From contig JAYTSV010000207.1 in the NCBI GenBank assembly GCA_043745465.1, positions 16,983 to 80,982 on the forward strand: a stretch of 64,000 bases of DNA, written 5' to 3'. The translations under genes and the position numbers were made by a program. The stretch comes from Fimbriiglobus sp. (GTDB lineage: Bacteria; Planctomycetota; Planctomycetia; Gemmatales; Gemmataceae). Position 1 is the stretch's first letter. Every line of letters begins with the position of its first letter. Shown piece after piece: positions 1 to 9,600 of this stretch. Below the pieces are notes generated by a model that saw nothing but the letters and a program-made list of their open reading frames with translations, did not search any database and was not told the origin of the DNA.

Positions 1-3000
1 CGGGAACACGATGCTCAGGGCGATTCCGCCCGCGACGGTCAGGGCGATCGTCAGGTACTTGGCGACGGTCGAGTTGGCGAACCCGTCCCAGCGGCGCGAC
101 AGCCAGCCGGCCGCCCGGTCGTACCAGGACGACCCCGGCGCGACGCTGAATGCGTCGGGCGGGTTCAACTCCGCCCGGGTGAGACCCCGGACACGAGTCA
201 CCTCGGCCCGCGCCACGTTCACGGACGACTCGCGGTTGGCCTTCGCGGCGTTCACCCGGCCGGCCGCATCGGCCGTCGCCTTGGCGACTGCCGCGGTCAC
301 CAGGGCCGCGCCCAGGGCCGTCGCGGCGGTCACCGCGTTCTGCGCCTGGCCCAGGAGTGCCTTCGCCACCGCCGCCGCGACCGCCCCGGCCTCGGCCTTC
401 GCCGCCTGGGCCTCCTGCTCGATCGCGCTGACTTCGGCGTTCAACTCCGTCTCGACGAACGCCTTAACCGCGTCCGCCTTCCCCTTGCGGGCCTTTTCCT
501 GGTCGGACGCCGACTGCTTCTGGTCGCGGTTGTAGTCACTCGCCAGCGTGTCGATCGCCTGCTTCTCGGCGTCGGCCGCATCGACGGAGGCGTCCCGGGT
601 CGCGGTCGCCTCGGCGTCGGCCGCAGCCCGCTCGGCGTCCGAGACGGCGTCCGACACGTCGCGGTTCTCGTCGGCCTGGGCCTGCGCCGCCGACTGCTCG
701 GCGGCCGTCGTCGAGTCCGCCCACGCCGTGTTCGCGGCCGTGGCGCTCGCCACTCCGGAGGAGTACGCCGCAGCGGACTCGCCGCGCGCCGCGTTTTCAG
801 CCGCCTGCTGCGAGCGCAGGGAACCGGCCCACGCGACTAGCTCGGCGCGGTCGGCGGCGACGGCGGCCCGGTCCTCGGCTCGGGCGGCACCCAAGGCCGC
901 GGCGTCCTGGGCCTTCTGGTCGCTGACCCAAGCAGCCGTCGCCGCAGCGTCGGCCTGAACCACGTCCTGTAAGGCCCCCGGCATGTAGGCCGCCCAATCG
1001 GCGTACCACCCGGCGACGTACTGGGCGTAACGGCTGTTCGGGTTGGCCGAGGCCCAGGACGCCGCCGCGCCCGACGCCGCGGCGGCCCAGGAGGTCATCG
1101 CGGCGGCCCAGGCACCATCGGTCGAGGCCTGCCACGCCGTTTCGGCCTGGCCCCAGGCGTCCATCAGGGACGCGCGGGCCGGGCCGACGGCCGCCCACCA
1201 CAGGTCGTCTGCCGTCACGGTCGCGTCCATGGCAGCCGTCTCGGCGGCGACCGTCGCTGCGGTCCACGCATTGCCGGCCGCGCTTATCGCTGCCGCGTAG
1301 GATGTAACCGCGGCCGCGTAGGCTTGAAGTTGGGCGTTCTCGGCGGCCACCATCGCCTTCGTGTAGGCGGTTGCCGCGGCGGCGTAGGCGTAAGCCTCGT
1401 CGCGCTCGGACCGCGATCGCGCGCGGTCCCAGTCGTTGGCCGCGGCGTTGTAGGCCGCGGCCCAGTCGTAGTCGGCCCGGGCGACGGCCGTGTCGTGGGC
1501 GTGGGTCGCTGCGGCGAGGGCGGTGGCGCGCGCCACCTCGGCGTCGGTCATCGCGTCGGCGAACGCCTTCTCCGCGTCCGCGATGGCGTACTCCCGCGCC
1601 ACGAGCGCGTCGGCCTCGCGGGTGTTCCGCTCCTTGGTCGCCTGGGCCGTCTCGATCTGGAAGGTCGCCTCCGCCTCGGCGACCGCCCGCACCATCGTTT
1701 CGAGTGCGGGGGCGACGGCGTTCGCCATGGCGAGGTCCGCCTTGGCCGAATCGACCGCGAAGTCCCGCTCTGCCTCGGCCACCGCCCGGGCGTTGTCGAT
1801 CATGGGCTGCCGCGTGGCCTCTTCCATGCCGACCGAAGCGTCCCCGGCGGCCTGAGCGTAGTTCTGGGAAGCGACGGCGGTGGCGATGAGGTAAGCCTTG
1901 AACGCATCCTTGTAGGCGTTCCCGGCGGCCTCCCTCCGGGCCGCGACTTGCTCCATCCACGCCGCGTAGGCGGCGGTGTCGCCGGGCGGGGGACTGCCCA
2001 TGCCGGCGGAATACATCGCCCTCGTGAACGACTGGGCGGCCGAGTACAGACCCCGCTGCGCCGCGTCCACCGCTTGGCTCTGGGTCAGCGTGGCGTCGTC
2101 CATGGCCGCCGTGTACGCCGCCGCCGCCGACCGGACGGCCCCTTCCAGCGCCCGTTGAGCTCGCGTCAAGGCGTGTTGGGCGGTCGTTTGAAGCTCCGCC
2201 TTCGCCGACTCGTTCGCCGACTTGGCCGCGTCGAAGCCGTCTTGGTAAGCCTTTTTCGCGTCGGCGGTTGTCCGATTGCGCGCCGCCTCTGCGGCCTGCG
2301 TCCGGGTAGTGTATGCCGCCTCCGCGCTGGCCTTGGCGGACTTGTACTGGTCGGTGGCGCTCTGGATCGCCTGGTCCCGGACGGCCGGGGCCGTCGCCGC
2401 GACGGCGTTGTAAGCGGCCTCCGCGGCCGCCTTGGCGGCGGCCTCAGCGGCGTCCGCCGAATCGACGGTCGCGGCGTGAGTCGCGTCGGCGGCCGCGACG
2501 GTGGCGTCGTAGGCCGAGTCCGCCGTCGCGTCCGCTTGTTTTCGGGCGGTGGTGGCCGCTGTCGTCGTGGCCGACCACGCGGCGTCCGCCTGTTGGGCGG
2601 CCGACGCCTGCTCAGCGTCCGCAGCCCGGATCGCGCCGTCGTAAGAGGTGTTCGCCGACGACGCCGCACCGTTGTAGGCGGAATCGGCCGCAGCCCGTGC
2701 CTGCACGCGGCCCTGCTCGGCGACCGTCACGGCCGTGTCGTAAGCCGCGTCAGCGGACCGCACGACTTCGCTGTAAGCAGCCTGAGCGGGCGTAACCGCG
2801 GCCGTGTAAGCCGCGTCGGCCGCGGTTACGGCGGCGTCGTAAGTCGATTTCAGCGCGGCAACGGCGGCCTGGTAGCCCGGCGCGGCGCTGAAGTCGAGGG
2901 GCGGCGTTGACGTCTCGTCCTGGGTACCGGCTTCGTACTGCTGACGGAGAGTCGCTACGGACTGGTCGTAGGCGTTGCCTGCCGCATCAAGCAGGGACTG

Positions 3001-4503
3001 AGCCGCCGCGCCGGCGGCGTTGACCGCGGCGTCGTATGCTGTCCGGGCGGCCGTGACCTTCTCCGCCTTACCCGACTCAGCGGCCGCGAGGTCCGCCGCG
3101 TACGTGGTGTTGATGGCGGCGCGACGGGCGTCGAGGGCGGTCAAATTCTGCGCGTCCGCGGTTGCGTGCGCCGCCCGAGCCTGGTCGGTTCGGGAGGTGT
3201 AAGCAGCGTCCGCCGCCGTTCGGGAGGCGTCGAACGCTTGGTCCGCTTGCTGCTTGGACGCCGCCAGTTGGCTCTGGATGGCGGCGGTCGTTTGCTCGTA
3301 ACCCCGGCCTTGCGCGTCCTTGACCGCGGTGAGTCGAGCTTCCGCCGCCGCGATTGCCGCGTCACGCGACGTAGCGAGTTGATCGACACGACTCCGGATG
3401 GCACTCACGGCCGCGGCTTGACCGTTGGCGGCCCCCGTCGAAGTGCGGTCCGCCGCAGCCTGCCAGAGGGCTTGCTGCCGGCTGCTCGCAGTAGTGTAGG
3501 TCGCCAGGCCGGCGGCTGATGTCGCCGAGAGTTGGGAGTCAGCGCTCTGAAAGGCGGCTGCCGTCTGGGTGGCGACTTGATTTGTCGTAGCGGTGAGGGC
3601 GTCCCCTTCCGCCTGGTTCGCCGCGCCGAAGTCCGCCTGCACATGCGTCGCCGTCGCCGAGAGGGCCGTGTCCGCCTGGGCGTTCGCGTCGGCGTCGGTC
3701 TGCTGGTAGTTGTGGTCGTAGCCGGAGTTGTCGCGCTCGGCGGCCGGGATTACATTCCCTTGGCCCCCGCCGGCCCCCGGACCGCCGCCTCCGGAACTGC
3801 CGCCTGAGGAACCCGTGCCGCCCGAGCCGGTGCCGCCCCCGGCCGAGGAGCCGCCGGCCGAAGGGTTCCCCCCGCCGCCGGCACCCGGGAGCGTCGCCGC
3901 AGGACCGCCCGACGCCCCGACTGCCCCCGCGCCGGACGGGTCGGAGGAGCCGCCCGGCGAAGTGCCGCCGGTCGGGCTGCCGGTTTCGGACCCGGTTGGC
4001 GTACCTACTCCCCCCGATGCCCCGTAGGAGTTTGACCCCCCTCCGCCGCTCGTACTAGCGGTTAAAGGATCGTCGCCCAGGGTATCCGGCGTTCCGCTCC
4101 CTGACGAAGAGCCGTAGCCGCCCCCCGCGCCGGCGTTGCCAGCCGCAGGAGTTGACAGGGGCACACTCCACGGGAACCCGTCGGACGACCCAGGGCCGAT
4201 ACCTGCTTGCGGTGGGGTGCCCGACGCACCGCGGACGGCCGTAGCGGCGGGCGGCGAGGAAGACGGGAGAACCCAGCCCATCATCTGGGCGAACTGGGCC
4301 ATCGGGTCGGAGAAGGGCATGCCCCCGAGCAGCGTGGGCAACGACCCTGACGCCTCGCCCGGCGCGTTGCGGTCCTCTAAAACGACTACCCCCAGCGGGT
4401 TGGGCAGTCCACTGCGACTCCTGCTTCCTGTTCCCTGGCGAGGGTCAAGTTCCTCAAGCCAGCGACGAACCGGGCGAAAGCCAAACCATGAGGAGAGTGT
4501 CAT
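1..4503 (-). CDS. Very large (>=1501 aa, runs off the left edge) secreted Ala-rich helical protein; possible polymorphic toxin or adhesin
   Basis: Not in the ORF track because it has no stop in the window. ATG at 4503 is preceded by GAGG. No stop in the portions translated (all of 1-600 and 3061-4503, spot checks between). N-terminus MTLSSWFGFRPVRRWLEELD...LGVVVLEDRNAPG (planctomycete LEDR-type motif), then a Gly/Ser/Pro linker, long Ala/Tyr-periodic helices and a hydrophobic segment YLTIALTVAGGIALSIVFP at the window edge. Confidence 0.85.
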   Translation of the reverse strand, partial: MTLSSWFGFRPVRRWLEELDPRQGTGSRSRSGLPNPLGVVVLEDRNAPGEASGSLPTLLGGMPFSDPMAQFAQMMGWVLPSSSPPAATAVRGASGTPPQAGIGPGSSDGFPWSVPLSTPAAGNAGAGGGYGSSSGSGTPDTLGDDPLTASTSGGGGSNSYGASGGVGTPTGSETGSPTGGTSPGGSSDPSGAGAVGASGGPAATLPGAGGGGNPSAGGSSAGGGTGSGGTGSSGGSSGGGGPGAGGGQGNVIPAAERDNSGYDHNYQQTDADANAQADTALSATATHVQADFGAANQAEGDALTATTNQVATQTAAAFQSADSQLSATSAAGLATYTTASSRQQALWQAAADRTSTGAANGQAAAVSAIRSRVDQLATSRDAAIAAAEARLTAVKDAQGRGYEQTTAAIQSQLAASKQQADQAFDASRTAADAAYTSRTDQARAAHATADAQNLTALDARRAAINTTYAADLAAAESGKAEKVTAARTAYDAAVNAAGAAAQSLLDAAGNAYDQSVATLRQQYEAGTQDETSTPPLDFSAAPGYQAAVAALKSTYDAAVTAADAAYTAAVTPAQAAYSEVVRSADAAYDTAVTVAEQGRVQARAAADSAYNGAASSANTSYDGAIRAADAEQASAAQQADAAWSATTTAATTARKQADATADSAYDATVAAADATHAATVDSADAAEAAAKAAAEAAYNAVAATAPAVRDQAIQSATDQYKSAKASAEAAYTTRTQAAEAARNRTTADAKKAYQDGFDAAKSANESAKAELQTTAQHALTRAQRALEGAVRSAAAAYTAAMDDATLTQSQAVDAAQRGLYSAAQSFTRAMYSAGMGSPPPGDTAAYAAWMEQVAARREAAGNAYKDAFKAYLIATAVASQNYAQAAGDASVGMEEATRQPMIDNARAVAEAERDFAVDSAKADLAMANAVAPALETMVRAVAEAEATFQIETAQATKERNTREADALVAREYAIADAEKAFADAMTDAEVARATALAAATHAHDTAVARADYDWAAAYNAAANDWDRARSRSERDEAYAYAAAATAYTKAMVAAENAQLQAYAAAVTSYAAAISAAGNAWTAATVAAETAAMDATVTADDLWWAAVGPARASLMDAWGQAETAWQASTDGAWAAAMTSWAAAASGAAASWASANPNSRYAQYVAGWYADWAAYMPGALQDVVQADAAATAAWVSDQKAQDAAALGAARAEDRAAVAADRAELVAWAGSLRSQQAAENAARGESAAAYSSGVASATAANTAWADSTTAAEQSAAQAQADENRDVSDAVSDAERAAADAEATATRDASVDAADAEKQAIDTLASDYNRDQKQSASDQEKARKGKADAVKAFVETELNAEVSAIEQEAQAAKAEAGAVAAAVAKALLGQAQNAVTAATALGAALVTAAVAKATADAAGRVNAAKANRESSVNVARAEVTRVRGLTRAELNPPDAFSVAPGSSWYDRAAGWLSRRWDGFANSTVAKYLTIALTVAGGIALSIVFP

Positions 4504-5482
4504 GGTGATGCCTCGGAGAGGACGACAAGTTTGAATTAGAGAAAGTGTAGTCCTGACGATTTATCCGGCCATAGGAATTCTGCCGAAATTTCCACTGATA
4601 TCCGCTGTTACTTGCCGCACCAGTAGTTCCGTCTTCCAAGATTTGTGCGGGCAGGAGGATTTCGTCAGCGTTGATTTCGATGTACGGCTTCCCTGGATCG
4701 CTACCGCTCAAGCTCGTTTCGCTGCGGCAGATGTCGAAATAGACAGCCGTCGAGCCGACTCAGATGGCGATCACCCGTTGGCGTGGCTACTGACGCAAGA
4801 CTGGATTCTCCACGGTGCCGCCGACCCACCCGCGATCATGGCCGCCCCGCTAGCCAAATCGGTCCGCCGGTCCCCGTAGATGCGGGGCTGGCCTAGCTTC
4901 CCCAACCGGGCCGCCGGGGCGGTTCGCAGATTCGCGTCCTTTCGGAGCCGGCTGAGCACGGTGACGGCGAGCGCCCGCATCGGCTTGAAGAACGGGGCCG
5001 TGGCGCGTAGCCAAGTCAAGTACAGTCTGAGGTGCCGGGGTGTTGGCGACACGCTCACCGCGCCGATGACGCTTACTTTCTCCCGTCCCCCCCGCCGTCG
5101 CCGGGTAAGACCGGGGTTTAGCCACGCGGGGCCCAGGGGGCACCCCACGAACTGGTTGTGAAACTGCCCGGACATGCCGATTAGGACGATCATGACGAAG
5201 ATAAGGTGAAAGGAAAAGTTGGGCGACTACTTGCTCCCGAAACACGTGGTCGCGGACATCGCAACCGAGCGAAACCCTCAAAATCCCAGGGTACGGCTTA
5301 TTCAAGGGACCGCACGGTTCGCATGCGGTGGCACAGCTTGCTCGGAGGTTGCTGCAAGTTGCTGCAACGACTACCCGTTGCATGCGCCCGCGTGACAGCT
5401 TATTATACGGCGTCCCTGTAGTGGACTTGTTTGTCGTAGGCGGCGGGCCCAGCATCTGAGATACCCGTAGAGGAGTCACCTC

Positions 5483-5665
5483 TTGGCAGAGCAATCGAAA
5501 GATACAGCGGTCGGGCGGTTCTTTCACGAGGACGCGCCAGCCGCTGCGAAGCCGGGTGAGCTAATCCGTGAAGGGCATGACTACTCCGCGACCTTGCGGC
5601 TCTTGGCCCAGTTGAAGGCGGTAAGACCGCCGGTGCCGGCCCCGCTCAGCAAGAAGCTGAAGTGA
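5483..5665 (+). CDS. Small hypothetical protein (60 aa)
   Basis: GAGGAG SD before a TTG start; stop overlaps the next start (GTGA). Confidence 0.4.
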   Translation: MAEQSKDTAVGRFFHEDAPAAAKPGELIREGHDYSATLRLLAQLKAVRPPVPAPLSKKLK

Positions 5666-6621
5666 CCGGCGGGATGCGCAAGGAACTTGCGAAACTACAA
5701 AGCGACATCGCGGACCTACGGCGTGGGTACGACGAAGCCACGGGTACGCTGCTGGGTCTGTACGCCGGCAGGTCGAAGAAGGGGGACCGGCTCGCCGCGT
5801 TCCGCGCGTGGTCTGACGCCGGCACCGCCCTCTTCAATGCGAACGAGCGGCTCGTTGCCGTCGGGTCTCTTTCGGGTGCGGTCGATGACCCCTCGTGGTA
5901 CACGGCCCTGGCGGAAAACGCCGTCGGAATTTTGAACGTGATCAGCCAATACTACGGTGCGTTATCCGCCCGTGCGGCCGACCTCGGACTGCCCGGCGAC
6001 TCCTACCGGCCGAGCCGGGCCGCGTTCGCGGGCCTCCAGCGGCTCGTCAAAGCGACTCAACCCGCCGTCGCCCGGGGTATTCGCGACGACTTCGTTAGTG
6101 GCGGGCTGCCGACCCACGGCTTCGACACCGAAGAGTCTAACCACGGCTGGGCGGCCTACCGGGTGAGCCTGTGGGAGCGGATCGTCGCGGTCTCGGCCGC
6201 GTCGCTCGTCGTTTTGTGTTGCCTGGACGCCGCGATGCGGGACAAACCCTTCGCGGACCCGAACCAGGTGGTATTGCTGCGCACACTGCTCAGCTTCGGG
6301 GTCGCCGCCCTGGGCGCGGTGATCCCCGGCTTTCTTCACGTCGGTGTGAATGTGGGGGGCCTTGCGGTTCGGGCGGGAGGGGCGTTGGCCCTCTTCGTGC
6401 TCACGTACTTTTACAACCCGACGGTGCTGCCCGTGGCCCCACCGCCGGTCGTCGAGACCGCACGCGCGGGGGACACCGTACTGGACAAGCTCGAACTCGT
6501 GGACATCGGGTTCGAGGACTACGAAGGGGAGGCGAGGGAACCGCGGCTCGACATTAAGGTGATCATTCATCCACATGGGCAGTTGTCCACCTCTGCAAAA
6601 CATCTGGCCAGCTCGTCCTGA
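5662..6621 (+). CDS. Membrane protein of unknown function (about 3-4 TM helices), C-terminus possibly truncated
   Basis: Soluble N-terminal ~170 aa, then hydrophobic segments ending IPGFLHV...VRAGGALALFVLTYFYNP. The tail after PRLDIKV looks non-conserved. Confidence 0.7.
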   Translation: MTGGMRKELAKLQSDIADLRRGYDEATGTLLGLYAGRSKKGDRLAAFRAWSDAGTALFNANERLVAVGSLSGAVDDPSWYTALAENAVGILNVISQYYGALSARAADLGLPGDSYRPSRAAFAGLQRLVKATQPAVARGIRDDFVSGGLPTHGFDTEESNHGWAAYRVSLWERIVAVSAASLVVLCCLDAAMRDKPFADPNQVVLLRTLLSFGVAALGAVIPGFLHVGVNVGGLAVRAGGALALFVLTYFYNPTVLPVAPPPVVETARAGDTVLDKLELVDIGFEDYEGEAREPRLDIKVIIHPHGQLSTSAKHLASSS

Positions 6622-6659
6622 TCCTTACACTGTACGTGACGCCCATCAGGTGGTTTGAA

Positions 6660-9600
6660 ATGACTTCACCGACAGCAGGACAAGCCCATCCATACTGGTA
6701 CGAATGGTTCGTTGGCGCTGAAGAAATCATCAGCATGCTCCGCCCGGACTCGGATGTGGTATCGGTGGCCCTCCAGATGAGCGGCATCAAAGGCTGGGAT
6801 GATGTCGTAGTCAGGTTGAAGGACGGCCGATCACGCCTTTATCAGGTCAAACATTCGCGGGCGGCTGACCGGCTTACTTTCGGAGACATGGTGACCGTAG
6901 TGGACGGCGAGTCGATGCTTGGCGCATTGTTCGCCAGCTGGCGAACCCTGGGTCACGCCAAGGGTACTCACCAGTGCGTTTTGTATACAAACCGGGTCGC
7001 AGGGGAGCGTCCCGGAACCTCGCGGAGTGGCGTGCGCCGGCCGCCGCTTACCGACTTTTTAACCTGGCTCACCAATTCCTTGGCAGGGGCACAGGCACTT
7101 TCCGACCTCAGCCCCCCGGTCGATTGGCAGGCAGCATGGGCGGAATGGCTGTCAGCGCTTGCGGGGGGCACCTCCGACGAACAGATAGCTTTCGTTCACT
7201 CGCTCGAGATCCGAACCGGAGAGGCGGACACCGACGAGATCGTGCGACGTGTCAACCAGGAATTGGCGACGATTTTTGGGGTGGATGAGCAGCGGGTCGC
7301 CCCGGTTGTCGATGCTCTGCACCGAGCGCTACGGTCGTGGACGACCGGCGGTCCGCCGGTGACCGCCGAATCACTCTGTGAGGCGCTCGTGTTGCCACCC
7401 GAGCCGGCTGAACTGGCACCCGCACCCCCACCACCCTCGCCGTTCTTTCCGGGTCGTCTGCCGGCCGCCGAAGATTTGGAGCGCGAATTGTTGTCGCTCC
7501 ATGCCGAACCGGTCTTCTTCCTCACGGCAGAACCGGGGTCGGGTAAGACGAGCCTAGTCAGTTGGCTGACCAACCGCCGGCCTGACAGGCCATTCGCGGC
7601 GCTGGTCGGTCTCCGCTTCTTTTGCTTCGAGCCGATCCGCCCCGAGTCGCCGTTCATCGCGGCCGACGCCTCCAGGGTACGCCCGACAGAATTGTGGTTC
7701 AGCCTGCTCGCCCAACTCCGAGCAGGGCTGACGGGGCGGCTGAAAGAACTGCTCGTCCCGCTCAGGAACAGCCTTCTTGACTGGCGGCAGGCCCGGAGTC
7801 ACGTCATTCGGTTGGCCTCCCAACTCGGCCGGGAATCGGGACGGCCGTTCGTCATTGTCGTGGACGGGATCGACCACGCCGCGCGGGCCGGACAGACGAA
7901 CCCGCAGCAGGCCGCCGAGTTTCTCAACTCCCTCCCCGGTCCCGACGAGTTGAGCGGCAAACACATCCGGCTGCTGGTCGCGGGGCAGCCGGCGGCGGCC
8001 TACGAGTCGGTTTACCCCACCTGGCTCGTCTCGCCCCACGACGGCGTCCGCCGGGTCGGACTACCCGGCTTGGAGATCGACGACGTGCGGGAACTTTACC
8101 AAGCGGCCCCGTCCCGCCTGCCGCCTGACTCGGCGGAAGAGGCCGTACGCGTCATCCACGCCCACGCCCGTGGAAACACCCTGGCCACCGTGTTCGCCGT
8201 CGCCGAGGCCGAGCGGGTCGCCTCGGTCGAGGCGTTGGCCGACCGTCTCAGGGCCAGACGCTTGGCCGACGGGCCGGCCGCCTACTACCGCTCCGTCTGG
8301 ACGAGTGCGATCCACCAAATCGGCGGTGCTGCCGACGACGCCGACGACGGACTGGTGGTGCTACTCTCGATCGGCCGACGGGGCGTGACGCCCGAGTCCC
8401 TCGCGGCCGCCTTCGCGGGCAGTGGCCGCTCCGTCGGGTGGTGGGCGCGGGTGCTCGACGCCCTCAGCCCACTGCTCACCCTCGGTGCCGACGGATACCG
8501 CGTGAGGCATAACGACATTCGCGTGTTCCTGGCGGAGCGCCGGGCGGGTCTGTCGCCGCCGCGGCAGCGCCGGGCGGCCTCCCAGTTGGTCGATCACCTG
8601 CTTTCGGCCAACGCCGATCGGGCGTCAGCCCACCTCCACAAGCTCGTGCTAATCGACTTGGCTGGCCGCGGTGCCGAATGGCCGCGCCACTTCACTGCCC
8701 GGTGGGTGGTCGAAGGCGGGGCACTCAGCATCGATCTCGACCACCTGACCCGCGAGGGCGTGGAGGCCGTGCGAAGGCTGCCCGACGCACACGAATGGTC
8801 TGTCGTGGTATCCGTAGCGTGCGCCCTGCAGACCCTTGATCGGCTGACGGAGTTTAAGGAGTTCAGGTCCGGAGACGACGTGCCGCGGCCCGAGGTTCCG
8901 CCGTTCCTGCCGTCCGAGGTGGCCGTTCGGCCGGTCACCGAGTGGGAGTCCAGCCACGTCCGCACGCTGGCACAAGACGTAAGCACGCTGTGCGCTCACG
9001 GCGATCGACACCGCGCGGCGGCCCTCTTGGGACGGTGGCTCGGCGGGCTGGAACTCGGCGGCGTGGTTTGCCGTGTGTCAGGGGCCGCTGGGCAGTCCGA
9101 GGGGGGCCAACCACGCCAGCTCGATCACGACGCTACGGTGGCGTTCCAAGACCTGGGGCGCGCCTGTGGGCAAGCGGGTTGGTCTCCGGACTTCGGGGAT
9201 TACAGCGAAACAATTGTAACTGCTGCTCAATGTGCGTTTGAACGGGGGTACGCCGAGGCTCGGGCTGAAGCGAACCACGCTGCCGTGAACGCTGACGAGC
9301 TGTTCGACGAGTACAGCCCGCGATATCTGACGGCTTGGGAAACTGCACTCCGAGCGATCGCCACGCAGGAGCGTTGGGTATTACTACGGGATCTGCTTTC
9401 GAGACTATTTGATTGTCGGGATAGTCTGTCCCCGCGACTCAAGGCTGAAGCGGCGGCGTGGGCCTTGAGGTCAGGTGCCGACGCGGACGACCCCGGTTGG
9501 CTGGACGTGTTGACATTACCGGGCTTCGGGCTCTCTGAGTCGGCGTTCCGCCCTACCGATGAGGATGACGCTTTCGCGCCGTATGTGGCCGTTGCGTTCG

